From NCBI GenBank assembly GCA_964016885.1, contig OZ024743.1, positions 75,826,001 to 75,890,000 on the forward strand: a stretch of DNA of 64,000 nucleotides, in the 5' to 3' direction. The translations under genes were made by a program, and so were the position numbers. The first letter of the stretch is position 1. Every line of letters begins with the position of its first letter. Below the pieces are notes generated by a model that did no database searches, had not been told where the DNA came from, and saw nothing but the letters and a program-made list of their open reading frames with translations. Origin of the DNA: Eledone cirrhosa (lineage: Eukaryota). Shown here one piece after another: positions 35,301 to 50,300 of the stretch.

Positions 35301-38300
35301 TGAGGTCTATTGTATTATATATAGCTGGTGAGGTCTATTGTATTATATATAGCTAGTGAGGTCTATTGTATTATATATAGCTAGTGATGTCTATTGTATT
35401 ATATATAGCTGGTGAGGTCTATTGTATTATATATAGCTGTTGAGGTCTATTGTATTATATATAGCTAGTGAGGTCTATTGTATTATATATAGCTAGTGAG
35501 GTCTATTGTATTATATATAGCTGGTGAAGTCTATTGTATTATATATAGCTAGTGAGGTCTATTGTATTATATATAGCTGGTGAGGTCTATAGTATTATAT
35601 ATAGCTGGTGAAGTCTATTGTATTATATATAGCTGGTGAGGTCCATTGTATTATATATAGCTGGTGAGGTCTATTGTATTATATATAGCTAGAGAGGTCT
35701 ATTGTATTATATATAGCTAGTGAGGTCTATTGTATTATATATTTCTGGTCTATTGTATTATATATAACTGGTGAGGTCTATTGTATTATATATAGCTGGT
35801 GAAGTCTATTGTATTATATATAGCTAGTGAGGTCTATTGTATTATATATAGCTGGTGAGGTCTATTGTATTATATATAGCTAGTGAGGTTTATCGTATTA
35901 TATATAGCTAGAGAGGTCTATTGTATTATATATAGCTAGTGAGGTCTATTGTATTATATATAGCTGGTGAGGTCTATTGTATTATATATAGCTGGTGAGG
36001 TCTATTGTATTATATATAGCTAGAGAGGTCTACTGTATTATATATAGCTGGTGAGGTCTATTGTATTATATATAGCTGGTGAGGTCTATTGTATTATATA
36101 TAGCTAGAGAGGTCTATTGTATTATATATAGCTAGTGAGGTCTATTGTATTATATATTTCTGGTTTATTGTATTATATATAACTGGTGAGGTCTATTGTA
36201 TTATATATAGCTGGTGAAGTCTATTGTATTATATATAGCTGGTGAGGTCTATTGTATTATATATAGCTGGTGAGGTCTATTGTATTATATATAGCTGGTG
36301 AAGTCTATTGTATTATATATTGCTGGTGAGGTATATTGTATTATATATTGCTGGTGAGGTCTTTTGTATTATAAATAGCTAGTGAGGTCTATTGTATTAT
36401 ATATAGCTGGTGAGGTCTATTGTATTATATATAGCTAGTGAGGTCTACTGTATTATATATAGCTAGTGAGGTCTATTGTATTATATATAGCTATTGAGGT
36501 CTATTGTATTATATATTGCTGGTGATGTCTATTGTATTATATATAACTGGTGAGGTCTATTGTATTATATATTGCTGGTCTATTGTATCATATATAGCTG
36601 GTGCTGTCTATTGTATTATATATAGCTGGTGAGGTCTATTGTATTATATATAGCTAGTGAGGTCTATTGTATTATATATAGCTGGTGAGGTCTATTGTAT
36701 TATATAAAGCTAGTGAGGTCTATTGTATTATATATAGCTGGAGAGGTCTATTGTATTATATATAGCTGGTGAGGTCTATTGTATTATATATAGCTAGTGA
36801 GGTCTATTGTATTATATATAGCTAGTGATGTCTATTGTATTATATATAGCTGGTGAGGTCTATTGTATTATATATAGCTGGTGAGGTCTATTGTATTATA
36901 TAAAGCTAGTGAGGTCTATTGTATTATATATAGCTAGTGAGGTCTATCTTCTTATATATAACTGGTGAGGTCTATTGTTTTATATATCGCTGGTGAAGTC
37001 TATTGTATTATATATAGCTAGTGAGGTCTATTGTATTATATATAGCTAGTGAGGTCTATTGTATTATATATACCTGGTGAGGTCTATTGTATTATATATA
37101 GCTAGTGAGGTTTATTGTATTATTTATAACTAGTGAGGTCTATTGTATTATATATACCTGGTGAATGTCTATTGTATTATATATAGCTAGTGAGGTCTAT
37201 TGTATTATATATAGCTGGTGAGGTTTATTGTATTGTATATAGCTGGTGAGGTCTATTGTATTATATATAGCTGGTGAGGTCTATTGTATTATATATAGCT
37301 GGTGAGGTCTATTGTATTATATATAGCTGGTGAGTTCTATCTTATTATATATAACTGGTGAGGTCTATTGTTTTATATATCGCTGGTGAAGTCAATTGTA
37401 TTATATATAGCTAGTGAGGTCTATTGTATTATATATAGCTAGTGAGGTCTATTGTATTATATATAGCTGGTGAGCTTTATTGTATTATATATGGCTAGTC
37501 ATGTCTATTGTATTATATATAGCTGTTGAGGTCTATTGTATTATATATAACTAGTGAGGTCTATTGTATTATATATAGCTGCTCTATTGTATTATATATA
37601 GCAGGTGAGGTCTATTGTATTATATATAGCTTGTGAGGTCTATTGTATTATATATAGCTGGTGAGGTCTATTGTATTATATAAAGCTAGTGAGGTCTATT
37701 GTATTATATATAGCTGGTGCTGTCTATTGTATTATATATAGCTGGTGAGGTCTATTGTATTATATATAGCTAGAGAGGTCTATTGTATTATATATAGCTG
37801 ATGAGGTCTATTGTATTATATAAAGCTAGTGAGATCTATTGTATTATATATAGTTAGGTGATGTCTATTGTATCATATATAGCTGGTGCCGTCTATTGTA
37901 TTATATATAGCTGGTGAGGTCTATTGTATTATATATAGCTAGTGAGGTCTATTGTATTATATATAGCTGGTGAGGTCTATTGTATTATATAAAGCTAGTG
38001 AGGTCTATTGTATTATATATAGCTGGTGAGGTCTATTGTATTATATATAGCTGGTGAGGTCTATTGTATTATATATAGCTAGTGAGGTCTATTGTATTAT
38101 ATATAGCTAGTGATGTCTATTGTATTATATATAGCTGGTGAGGTCTATTGTATTATATATATCTGTTGAGGTCTATTGTATTATATATAGCTAGTGAGGT
38201 CTATTGTATTATATATAGCTAGTGAGGTCTATTGTATTATATATAGCTGGTGAAGTCTATTGTATTATATATAGCTAGTGAGGTCTATTGTATTATATAT

Positions 38301-41300
38301 AGCTGGTGAGCTCTATTGTATTATATATAGTTAGTGAGGTCTATTGTATTATATATAGCTAGTGAAGTCTATTGTATTATATATAGCTAGTGAGCTCTAT
38401 TGTATTATATATAGTTAGTGAGGTCTATTGTATTATATATAGCTAGTGAAGTCTATTGTATTATATATAGCTGGTGAGGTCTATTATATTATATATAGCT
38501 AGTGAGCTCTATTGTATTATATATAGTTAGTGAGGTCTATTGTATTATATATAGCTATTGAAGTCTATTGTATTATATATAGCTAGTGAGCTCTATTGTA
38601 TTATATATAGCTAGTGAGGTCTATTGTATTATATAAAGCTAGTGAGGTCTATTGTATTATATATAGCTAGTGAGGTCTATTGTATTATATATAGCTGGTG
38701 AAGTCTATTGTATTATATATAGCTGGTGAACTCTATTGTATTATATATAGCTAGTGAGGTCTATTGTATTGTATATAGCTGGTGAGGTCTATTGTATTAT
38801 ATATAGCTGGTGAACTCTATTGTATTATATATAGCTAGTGAAGTCTATTGTATTGTATATAGCTAGTGAGGTCTATTGTATTATATATAGCTGGTGAAGT
38901 CTATTGTATTATATATAGCTAGTGAAGTCTATTGTATTATATATAGCTGGTGAGGTCTATTGTATTATATATAGCTAGTGAGGTCTATTGTATTATATAT
39001 AGCTGGTGAAGTCTATTGTATTATATATAGCTAGTGAAGTCTATTGTATTATATATAGCTGGTGAGGTCTATTGTATTATATATAGCTAGTGAGGTCTAT
39101 TGTATTATATATAGCTGGTGAGGTCTATTGTATTATATATAGCTAGTGAGGTCTATTGTATTATATATAGCTAGTGAACTCTATTGTATTATATATAGCT
39201 AATGAAGTCTATTGTATTATATATAGCTAGTGAGGTCTATTGTATTACATATAGCTAGTGAGGTCTATTGTATTATATATAGCTAGTGAGGTCTATTGTA
39301 TTATATATAGCTGGTGAAGTCTATTGAATTATATATAGCTAGTGAGCTCTATTGTATTATATATAGCTAGTGAGGTCTATTGTATTATATATAGCTAGTG
39401 AGGTCTATTGTATTATATAAAGCTAGTGAGGTCTATTGTATTATATATAGCTAGTGAGGTCTATTGTATTATATATAGCTGGTGAAGTCTATTGAAATAT
39501 ATATAGCTAGTGAGGTCTATTGTATTATATATAGCTAGTGAGGTCTATTGTATTATATATAGCTGGTGAAGTCTATTATATAATATATAGCTAGTGAGGT
39601 CTATTGTATTATATATAGCTAGTGAGGTCTATTGTATTATATATAGCTACTGAGGTCTATTGTATTATATATAGCTCGTGAGGTCTATTGTATTATATAT
39701 AGCTAGAGAGGTCTATTGTATTATATATAGCTAGTGAGGTCTATTGTATTATATATAGCTGGTGATGTCTATTGTATTATATATAGCTGGTGAGGTCTAT
39801 TGTATTATATATAGCTAGTGAGGTCTATTGTATTATATATAGCTGGTGAGGTCTATTGTATTATATAAAGCTAGTGAGGTCTATTGTATTATATATAGCT
39901 AGTGAGGTCTATCTTCTTATATATAACTGGTGAGGTCTATTGTTTTATATATCGCTGGTGAAGTCTATTGTATTATATATAGCTAGTGAGGTCTATTGTA
40001 TTATATATAGCTAGTGAGGTCTATTGTATTATATATACCTGGTGAGGTCTATTGTATTATATATAGCTAGTGAGGTTTATTGTATTATATATAACTAGTG
40101 AGGTCTATTGTATTATATATACCTGGTGAATGTCTATTGTATTATATATAGCTAGTGAGGTCTATTGTATTATATATAGCTGGTGAGGTTTATTGTATTG
40201 TATATAGCTGGTGAGGTCTATTGTATTATATATAGCTGGTGAGGTCTATTGTATTATATATAGCTGGTGAGGTCTATTGTATTATATATAGCTGGTGAGT
40301 TCTATCTTATTATATATAACTGGTGAGGTCTATTGTTTTATATATCGCTGGTGAAGTCAATTGTATTATATATAGCTAGTGAGGTCTATTGTATTATATA
40401 TAGCTAGTGAGGTCTATTGTATTATATATAGCTGGTGAGGTCTATTGTATTATATATAGCTGGTGAGCTTTATTGTATTATATATGGCTAGTCATGTCTA
40501 TTGTATTATATATAGCTGTTGAGGTCTATTGTATTATATATAACTAGTGAGGTCTATTGTATTATATATAGCTGCTCTATTGTATTATATATAGCAGGTG
40601 AGGTCTATTGTATTATATATAGCTTGTGAGGTCTATTGTATTATATATAGCTGGTGAGGTCTATTGTATTATATAAAGCTAGTGAGGTCTATTGTATTAT
40701 ATATAGCTGGTGCTGTCTATTGTATTACATATAGCTGGTGAGGTCTATTGTATTATATATAGCTAGAGAGGTCTATTGTATTATATATAGCTGATGAGGT
40801 CTATTGTATTATATAAAGCTAGTGAGGTCTATTGTATTATATATAGTTAGGTGATGTCTATTGTATCATATATAGCTGGTGCTGTCTATTGTATTATATA
40901 TAGCTGGTGAGGTCTATTGTATTATATATAGCTAGTGAGGTCTATTGTATTATATATAGCTGGTGAGGTCTATTGTATTATATAAAGCTAGTGAGGTCTA
41001 TTGTATTATATATAGCTGGTGAGGTCTATTGTATTATATATAGCTAGTGAGGTCTATTGTATTATATATAGCTAGTGATGTCTATTGTATTATATATAGC
41101 TGGTGAGGTCTATTGTATTATATATAGCTGTTGAGGTCTATTGTATTATATATAGCTAGTGAGGTCTATTGTATTATATATAGCTAGTGAGGTCTATTGT
41201 ATTATATATAGCTGGTGAAGTCTATTGTATTATATATAGCTAGTGAGGTCTATTGTATTATATATAGCTGGTGAGGTCTATAGTATTATATATAGCTGGT

Positions 41301-44300
41301 GAAGTCTATTGTATTATATATAGCTGGTGAGGTCCATTGTATTATATATAGCTGGTGAGGTCTATTGTATTATATATAGCTAGAGAGGTCTATTGTATTA
41401 TATATAGCTAGTGAGGTCTATTGTATTATATATTTCTGGTCTATTGTATTATATATAACTGGTGAGGTCTATTGTATTATATATAGCTGGTGAAGTCTAT
41501 TGTATTATATATAGCTAGTGAGGTCTATTGTATTATATATAGCTGGTGAGGTCTATTGTATTATATATAGCTAGTGAGGTTTATCGTATTATATATAGCT
41601 AGAGAGGTCTATTGTATTATATATAGCTAGTGAGGTCTATTGTATTATATATAGCTGGTGAGGTCTATTGTATTATATATAGCTGGTGAGGTCTATTGTA
41701 TTATATATAGCTAGAGAGGTCTACTGTATTATATATAGCTGGTGAGGTCTATTGTATTATATATAGCTGGTGAGGTCTATTGTATTATATATAGCTAGAG
41801 AGGTCTATTGTATTATATATAGCTAGTGAGGTCTATTGTATTATATATTTCTGGTTTATTGTATTATATATAACTGGTGAGGTCTATTGTATTATATATA
41901 GCTGGTGAAGTCTATTGTATTATATATAGCTGGTGAGGTCTATTGTATTATATATAGCTGGTGAGGTCTATTGTATTATATATAGCTGGTGAAGTCTATT
42001 GTATTATATATTGCTGGTGAGGTATATTGTATTATATATTGCTGGTGAGGTCTTTTGTATTATAAATAGCTAGTGAGGTCTATTGTATTATATATAGCTG
42101 GTGAGGTCTATTGTATTATATATAGCTAGTGAGGTCTACTGTATTATATATAGCTAGTGAGGTCTATTGTATTATATATAGCTATTGAGGTCTATTGTAT
42201 TATATATTGCTGGTGATGTCTATTGTATTATATATAACTGGTGAGGTCTATTGTATTATATATTGCTGGTCTATTGTATTATATATAGCTGGTGAAGTCT
42301 ATTGTATTATATATAGCTGGTGAGGTCTATTGTATTATATATAGCTGGTGAAGTCTATTGTATTATATATAGCTGGTGAAGTCTGTTGTATTATATATAG
42401 CTGGTGAGGTCTATTGTATTATGTATAGCTAGTGAGGTCTATTGTATTATATATAGCTGCAGGTCTATTGTATTATATATAACTAGTGAGGTCAATTGTA
42501 TTATATATAGCTGCTCTATTGTATTATATATAGCTGGTAAAGTCTATTGTATTATATATAGCTGGTGTGGTCTATTGTATTATATATAGCTAGTGAAGTC
42601 TATTGTATTATATATAGCTGGTGAGGCCTATTGTATTATATAAAGCTAGTGATGTCTATTTTATTATATATAGCTGGTGAGGTCTATTGTATTATATATA
42701 GTTAGGTGAGGTCTATTATATTATATATAGCTAGTGAGGTCTATTGTATTATATATAACTAGTGAGGTCTATTGTATTATATATAGCTGTTGAGGTCTAT
42801 TGTATTATATATAGCTAGTGAGGTCTATTGAATTATATATAGCTGGTGCGGTGTATTGTATTATATATAGTTAGGTGAGCTCTATTGTATTATATATGGC
42901 TAGTCATGTCTATTGTATCATATATAGCTGGTGAGGTCTATTATATTATATATAGCTAGTGAGGTCTATTGTATTATATATAACTAGTGAGGTCTATTGT
43001 ATTATATATAGCTGTTGAGGTCTATTGTATTATATATAACTGGTGAGGTCTATTGTATTATATATAGCTGCTCTATTGTATTATATATAGCTGGTGAGGT
43101 CTATTGTATTATATATAGCTGTTGAGGTCTATTGTATTATATATAACTAGTGAGGTCTATTGTATTATATATAGCTGCTCTATTGTATTATATATAGCTA
43201 GTGAGGTCTATTGTATTATATATAGCTAGTGAGGTCTATTGTATTATATATAGCTGGTGAGGTCTATTTTATTATATATAGCTAGTGCGGTCTATTGTAT
43301 TATATATAGCTAGTGAGGTCTATTGTATTATATATAGCTGGTGAAGTCTATTGTATTATATATAGCTGGTGAGGTCTCATGTATTATATATAGCTGGTGA
43401 AGTCTATTGTATTATATATAGCTGGTGAGGTCTCTTGTATTATATATAGCTGCTCTATTGTATTATATATAGCTAGTGAGGTCTATTGTATTATATATAG
43501 CTAGTGAGGTCTATTGTATCATATATAGCTGGTGAGTTCTATTGTATTATATATAGCTAGTGAGGTCTATTTTATTATATATAGCTAGTGCGGTCTATTG
43601 TATTATATATAGCTGGTCAGGTCTATTTTATTATATATAGCTGGTGCGGTCTATTGAATTATATATAGCTAGTGATGACTATTGTATTATATATAGCTAG
43701 TGAGGTCTATTGTATCATATATAGCTGGTGAGGTCTATTGTATTATATATAGCTAGTGAGGTCTATTTTATTATATATAGCTAGTGCGGTCTATTGTATT
43801 ATATATAGCTAGTCAGGTCTATTGTATTATATATAGCTGGTGAAATCTATTGAATTATATATAGCTGGTGAGGTCTCTTGTATTATATATAGCTGGTGAA
43901 GTCTATTGTAATATATATAGCTGGTGAGGTCTCTTGTATTATATATAGCTGGTGAGGTCTATTGTATTATATATTGCTGGTGAGGTCTATTGTATTATAT
44001 ATAGCTAGTGAGGTCTATTGTATTATATATAGCTGGTGAAGTCTATTGTATTATATATAGCTGGTGAGGCCTCTTGTATTATATATAGCTGGTGAAGTCT
44101 ATTGTATTATATATAACTAGTGAGGGCTATTGTATTATATATGGCTAGTCATGTCTATTGTATTATATATAGCTAGTGAGGTCTATTGTATTATATATAG
44201 CTGGTGAGGTCTCTTGTATTATATATAGCTGGTGAGGTCTATTGTATTATATATAGCTAGTGAGGGCTATTGTATTATATATGGCTAGTCATGTCTATTG

Positions 44301-47300
44301 TATTATATATAGCTAGTGAGGTCTATCGTATTATATAAAGCCAGTGAGGCCTATTTTATTTTATATAGCTAGTGAGGTCTATTGTATTATATATATCTGG
44401 TGAGGTCTATTGTATTATATATAGCTAGTGAGGTCTATTGTATTATATATAGCTAGTGAGGTCTATTGTATTATATATAGCTGGTGAGCTCTATTGTATT
44501 ATATATAGCTAGAGAGGTCTATTGTATTATATATAGCTGGTGAGGTCTATTGAATTATATATAGCTGGTGCGGTGTATTGTATTATATATAGTTAGGTGA
44601 GCTCTATTGTATTATATATGGCTAGTCATGTCTATTGTATCATATATAGCTGGTGAGGTCTATTATATTATATATAGCTAGTGAGGTCTATTGTATTATA
44701 TATAACTAGTGAGGTCTATTGTATTATATATAGCTGTTGAGGTCTATTGTATTATATATAACTGGTGAGGTCTATTGTATTATATATAGCTGCTCTATTG
44801 TATTATATATAGCTGGTGAGGTCTATTGTATTATATATAGCTGTTGAGGTCTATTGTATTATATATAACTAGTGAGGTCTATTGTATTATATATAGCTGC
44901 TCTATTGTATTATATATAGCTAGTGAGGTCTATTGTATTATATATAGCTAGTGAGGTCTATTGTATTATATATAGCTGGTGAGGTCTATTTTATTATATA
45001 TAGCTAGTGCGGTCTCTTGTATTATATATAGCTAGTGAGGTCTATTGTATTATATATAGCTGGTGAAGTCTATTGTATTATATATAGCTGGTTAGGTCTC
45101 TTGTATTATATATAGCTGGTGAAGTCTATTGTATTATATATAGCTGGTGAGGTCTCTTGTATTATATATAGCTGCTCTATTGTATTATATATAGCTAGTG
45201 AGGTGTATTGTATTATATATAGCTAGTGAGGTCTATTGTATCATATATAGCTGGTGAGGTCTATTGTATTATATATAGCTAGTGAGGTCTATTTTATTAT
45301 ATATAGCTAGTGCGGTCTATTGTATTATATATAGCTGGTCAGGTCTATTTTATTATATATAGCTGGTGCGGTCTATTGAATTATATATAGCTAGTGATGA
45401 CTATTTTATTATATATAGCTAGTGAGGTCTATTGTATCATATATAGCTGGTGAGGTCTATTGTATTATATATAGCTAGTGAGGTCTATTTTATTATATAT
45501 AGCTAGTGCGGTCTATTGTATTATATATAGCTAGTGAGGTCTATTGTATTATATATAGCTGGTGAAATCTATTGAATTATATATAGCTGGTGAGGTCTCT
45601 TGTATTATATATAGCTGGTGAAGGCTATTGTAATATATATAGCTGGTGAGGTCCCTTGTATTATATATAGCTGGTGAGGTCTATTGTATTATATATAGCT
45701 GGTGAGGTCTATTGTATTATATATAGCTAGTGAGGTCTATTGTATTATATATAGCTGGTGAAGTCTATTGTATTATATATAGCTGGTGAGGCCTCTTGTA
45801 TTATATATAGCTGGTGAAGTCTATTGTATTATATATAACTAGTGAGGGCTATTGTATTATATATGGCTAGTCATGTCTATTGTATTATATATAGCTAGTG
45901 AGGTCTATTGTATTATATATAGCTGGTGAGGTCTCTTGTATTATATATAGCTGGTGAGGTCTATTGTATTATATATAGCTAGTGAGGGCTATTGTATTAT
46001 ATATGGCTAGTCATGTCTATTGTATTATATATAGCTAGTGAGGTCTATCGTATTATATAAAGCCAGTGAGGTCTATTTTATTTTATATAGCTAGTGAGGT
46101 CTATTGTATTATATATATCTGGTGAGGTCTATTGTATTATATATAGCTAGTGAGGTCTATTGTATTATATATAGCTAGTGAGGTCTATTGTATTATATAT
46201 AGCTGGTGAGCTCTATTGTATTATATATAGCTAGAGAGGTCTATTGTATTATATATAGCTGGTGAGGTCTATTGTATTATATATAGCTAGTGAGGTCTAT
46301 TGTATTATATATAGCTAGTGAGGTCTATTGTATTATATATAGCTGGTGAGCTCTATTGTATTATATATAGCTAGAGAGGTCTATTGTATTATATATAGCT
46401 AGTGAGGTCTATTGTATTATATATAGCTAGTGAGGTCTATTGAATTATATATAGCTAGTGAGGTCTATTGTATTATATATAGCTAGTGAGGTCTATTGTA
46501 TTATATATAGCTAGTGAGGTCTATTGTATTATATATAGCTAGTGAGGTCTATTGTATTATATATAGCTGGTGAAGTCTATTGTATTATATATAGCTGGTG
46601 AGGTCTATTGTATTATATATAGCTGGTGAGGTCTTTTTTATTATATATAGCTGGTGCGGTCTATTTAATTATATATAGCTAGTGATGACTATTGTATTAT
46701 ATATAGCTAGTGAGGTCTATTGTATTTTATATAGCTGGTGCGGTCTATTGTATTATATACAGTTAGGTGAGGTCTATTGTATCATATATAGCTAGTGAGG
46801 TCTATTTTATTATATATAGCTAGTGAAGTCTATTGTATTATATATAGCTAGTGAGGTCTATTGTATTATATATAGCTGGTGAGGTCTATTGTATTATATA
46901 TAGCTGGTGAAGTCTATTGTATTATATATAGCTGGTGAGGTCTATTGTATTATATATAGATAGTGAGGTCTATTGTATTATATATAGCTAGAGAGGTCTA
47001 TTGTATTATATATAGCTGGTGAGGTCTTTTGTATTATATATAGCTAGTGAGGTCTATTGTATTATATATAGCTGGTGAGCTCTATTGTATTATATATAGC
47101 TGGTGAGGTCTATTGAATTATATATAGCTGGTGCGGTCTATTGTATTATATATAGTTAGGTGAGCTCTATTGTATTATATATGGCTAGTCATGTCTATTG
47201 TATCATATATAGCTGGTGAGGTCTATTGTATTATATATAGCTGCTCCATTGTATTATATATAGCTGGTGAGGTCTATTGTATTATATATAGCTGTTGAGG

Positions 47301-50300
47301 TCTATTGTATTATATATAACTAGTGAGGTCTATTGTATTATATATAGCTGCTCTATTGTATTATATATAGCTAGTGAGGTCTATTGTATTATATATAGCT
47401 AGTGAGGTCTATTGTATTATATATAGCTGGTGAGGTCTATTTTATTATATATAGCTGGTGCGGTCTATTGAATTATATATAGCTGGTGAGGTCTATTGTA
47501 TTATATATAGCTAGTGATGACTATTGTATTATATATAGCTAGTGAAGTCTATTGTATCATATATAGCTGGTGAGGTCTATTGTATTATATATAGCTAGTG
47601 AGGTCTATTTTATTATATATAGATAGTGCGGTCTATTGTATTATATATAGCTAGTGAGGTCTATTGTATTATATATAGCTGGTGAGGTCTATTGTATTAT
47701 ATATAGCTGGTGAAGTCTATTGTATTATATATAGCTGGTGAGGTCTCTTGTATTATATATAGCTGGTGAGGTCTATTGTATTATATATAGCTAGTGAGGT
47801 CTATTGGATTATATATAGCTGGTGAGGTCTATTGTATTATATATAGCTAGTGAGGGCTATTGTATTATATATGGCTAGTCATGTCTATTGTATTATATAT
47901 ACCTGGTGAGGTCTATTGTATTATATATAGCTAGTGAGGTCTATTGTATTATATATAGCTAGTGAGGTCTATTGTATTATATAAAGCCAGTGAGGTCTAT
48001 TTTATTATATATAGCTAGTGAGGTCTATTGTATTATATATATCTGGTGAGGTCTATTGTATTATATATAGCTAGTGAGGTCTATTGTATTATATATATCT
48101 GGTGAGGTCTATTGTATTATATATAGCTGGTGAGGTCTCTTGTATTATATATAGCTAGTGAGGTCTATTGTATTATATATAGCTGGTGAGGTCTATTGTA
48201 TTATATATATCTGGTGAAGTTTATCGTATGATATATAGCTGGTGAGGTCTATTGTATTATATACAGCTGGTGACGTCTATTGTATTATATATAGCTAGTG
48301 AGGTCCATTGTATTATATATAGCTGGTGAGGTCTATTGTATTATATATAGCTGGTGAAGTCTATTGTATTATATATAACTAGTGAGGGCTATTGTATTAT
48401 ATATGGCTAGTCATGTCTATTGTATTATATATAGCTAGTGAGGTCTATTGTATTATATATAGCTGGTGAGGTCTCTTGTATTATATATAGCTGGTGAGGT
48501 CTATTGTATTATATATAGCTAGTGAGGGCTATTGTATTATATATGGCTAGTCATGTCTATTGTATTATATATAGCTGGTGAGCTCTATTGTATTATATAT
48601 AGCTAGAGAGGTCTATTGTATTATATATAGCTGGTGAGGTCTATTGTATTATATACAGCTAGTGAGGTCTATTGTATTATATATAGCTAGTGAGGTCTAT
48701 TGTATTATATATAGCTAGTGAGGTCTATCGTATTATATATAACTAGTGAGCTCTATTGTATTATATATAGCTAGTGAGGTCTATTGTATTATATATAGCT
48801 GGTGAAGTCTATTGTATTATATATAGCTGGTGAGGTCTATTGTATTATATATAGCTGGTGAGGTCTATTTTATTATATATAGCTGGTGCGGTCTATTGAA
48901 TTATATATAGCTAGTGATGACTATTGTATTATATATATCTGGTGAGGTCTATTGTATTATATATAGCTAGTGAGGTCTATTGTATTATATATATCTGGTG
49001 AGGTCTATTGTATTATATATAGCTGGTGAGGTCTATTGTATTATATATAGCTAGTGAGGTCTATTGTATTATATATAGCTGGAGAGGTCTATTGTATTAT
49101 ATATATCTGGTGAAGTTTATCGTATGATATATAGCTGGTGAGGTCTATTGTATTATATATAGCTGGTGAGGTCTATTGTATTATATATAGCTAGTGAGGT
49201 CTATTGTATTATATATAGCTGGTGAGGTCTATTGTATTATATATAGCTAGTGAGGGCTATTGTATTATATATGGCTAGTCATGTCTATTGTTTTATATAT
49301 AGCTAGTGAGGTCTATTGTATTATATAAAGCTAGTGAGGTCTATTTTATTATATATAGCTAGTGAGGTCTATTGTATTATATATAGCTGGTGAGGTCTAT
49401 CGTATTATATATAGCTAGTGAGGTCTATTGTATTATATATAGCTAGTGAGGTCTATTGTATTATATATAGCTGGTGAGGTCTATTGTATTATATATAGCT
49501 AGTGAGGCCTATTGTATTATATATAGCTGGTGAGGTCTATTTTATTATATATAGCTAGTGAGGTCTATTGTATTATATATAGCTAGTGATGTCTATTGTA
49601 TTATATATAGCTGGTGAGGTCTATTGTATTATATGTAGCTAGTAAGGGCTATTGTATTATATATGGCTAGTCATGTCTATTGTATTATATAAAGCTAGTG
49701 AGGTCTATTTTATTATATATAGCTAGTGAGGTCTATTGTATTATATATAGCTGGTGAGCTCTATTGTATTATATATAGCTAGAGAGGTCTATTGTATTAT
49801 ATATAGCTAGTGATGTCTATTGTATTATATATAGCTGGTGAGGTCTATTGTATTATATATAACTAGTGAGGTCTATTGTATTATATATAGCTGGTGAGGT
49901 CTATTGTATTATATATAACTAGTGAGGTCTATTGTATTATATATAGCTGGTAAGGTCTATTGTATTATATATAGCTAGTGAGGTCTATTGTATTATATAT
50001 AGCTGGTGAGGTCTATTGTATTATATATAGCTAGTGAAGTCTATTGTATTATATATAGCTAGTGAGGTCTATTGTATTATATAAAGCCAGTGAGGTCTAT
50101 TTTATTATATATAGCTAGTGAGGTCTATTGTATTATATATAGCTGGTGAGGTCTATTGTGTTATATATAGCTAGTGAGGTCTATTGTATTATATATAGCT
50201 AGTGAGGACTATTGTATTATATATAGCTGGTGAAGTCTATTGTATTATATATAGCTAGTGAGGTCTATTTTATTATATATAGCTAGTGCGGTCTATTGTA

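Noticed and set aside
31224-42300. Match between the ~5.7-kb satellite block size and the ~5.8-kb LINE length
   Set aside because: There is no sequence relationship and other block sizes exist, so this is treated as coincidence.
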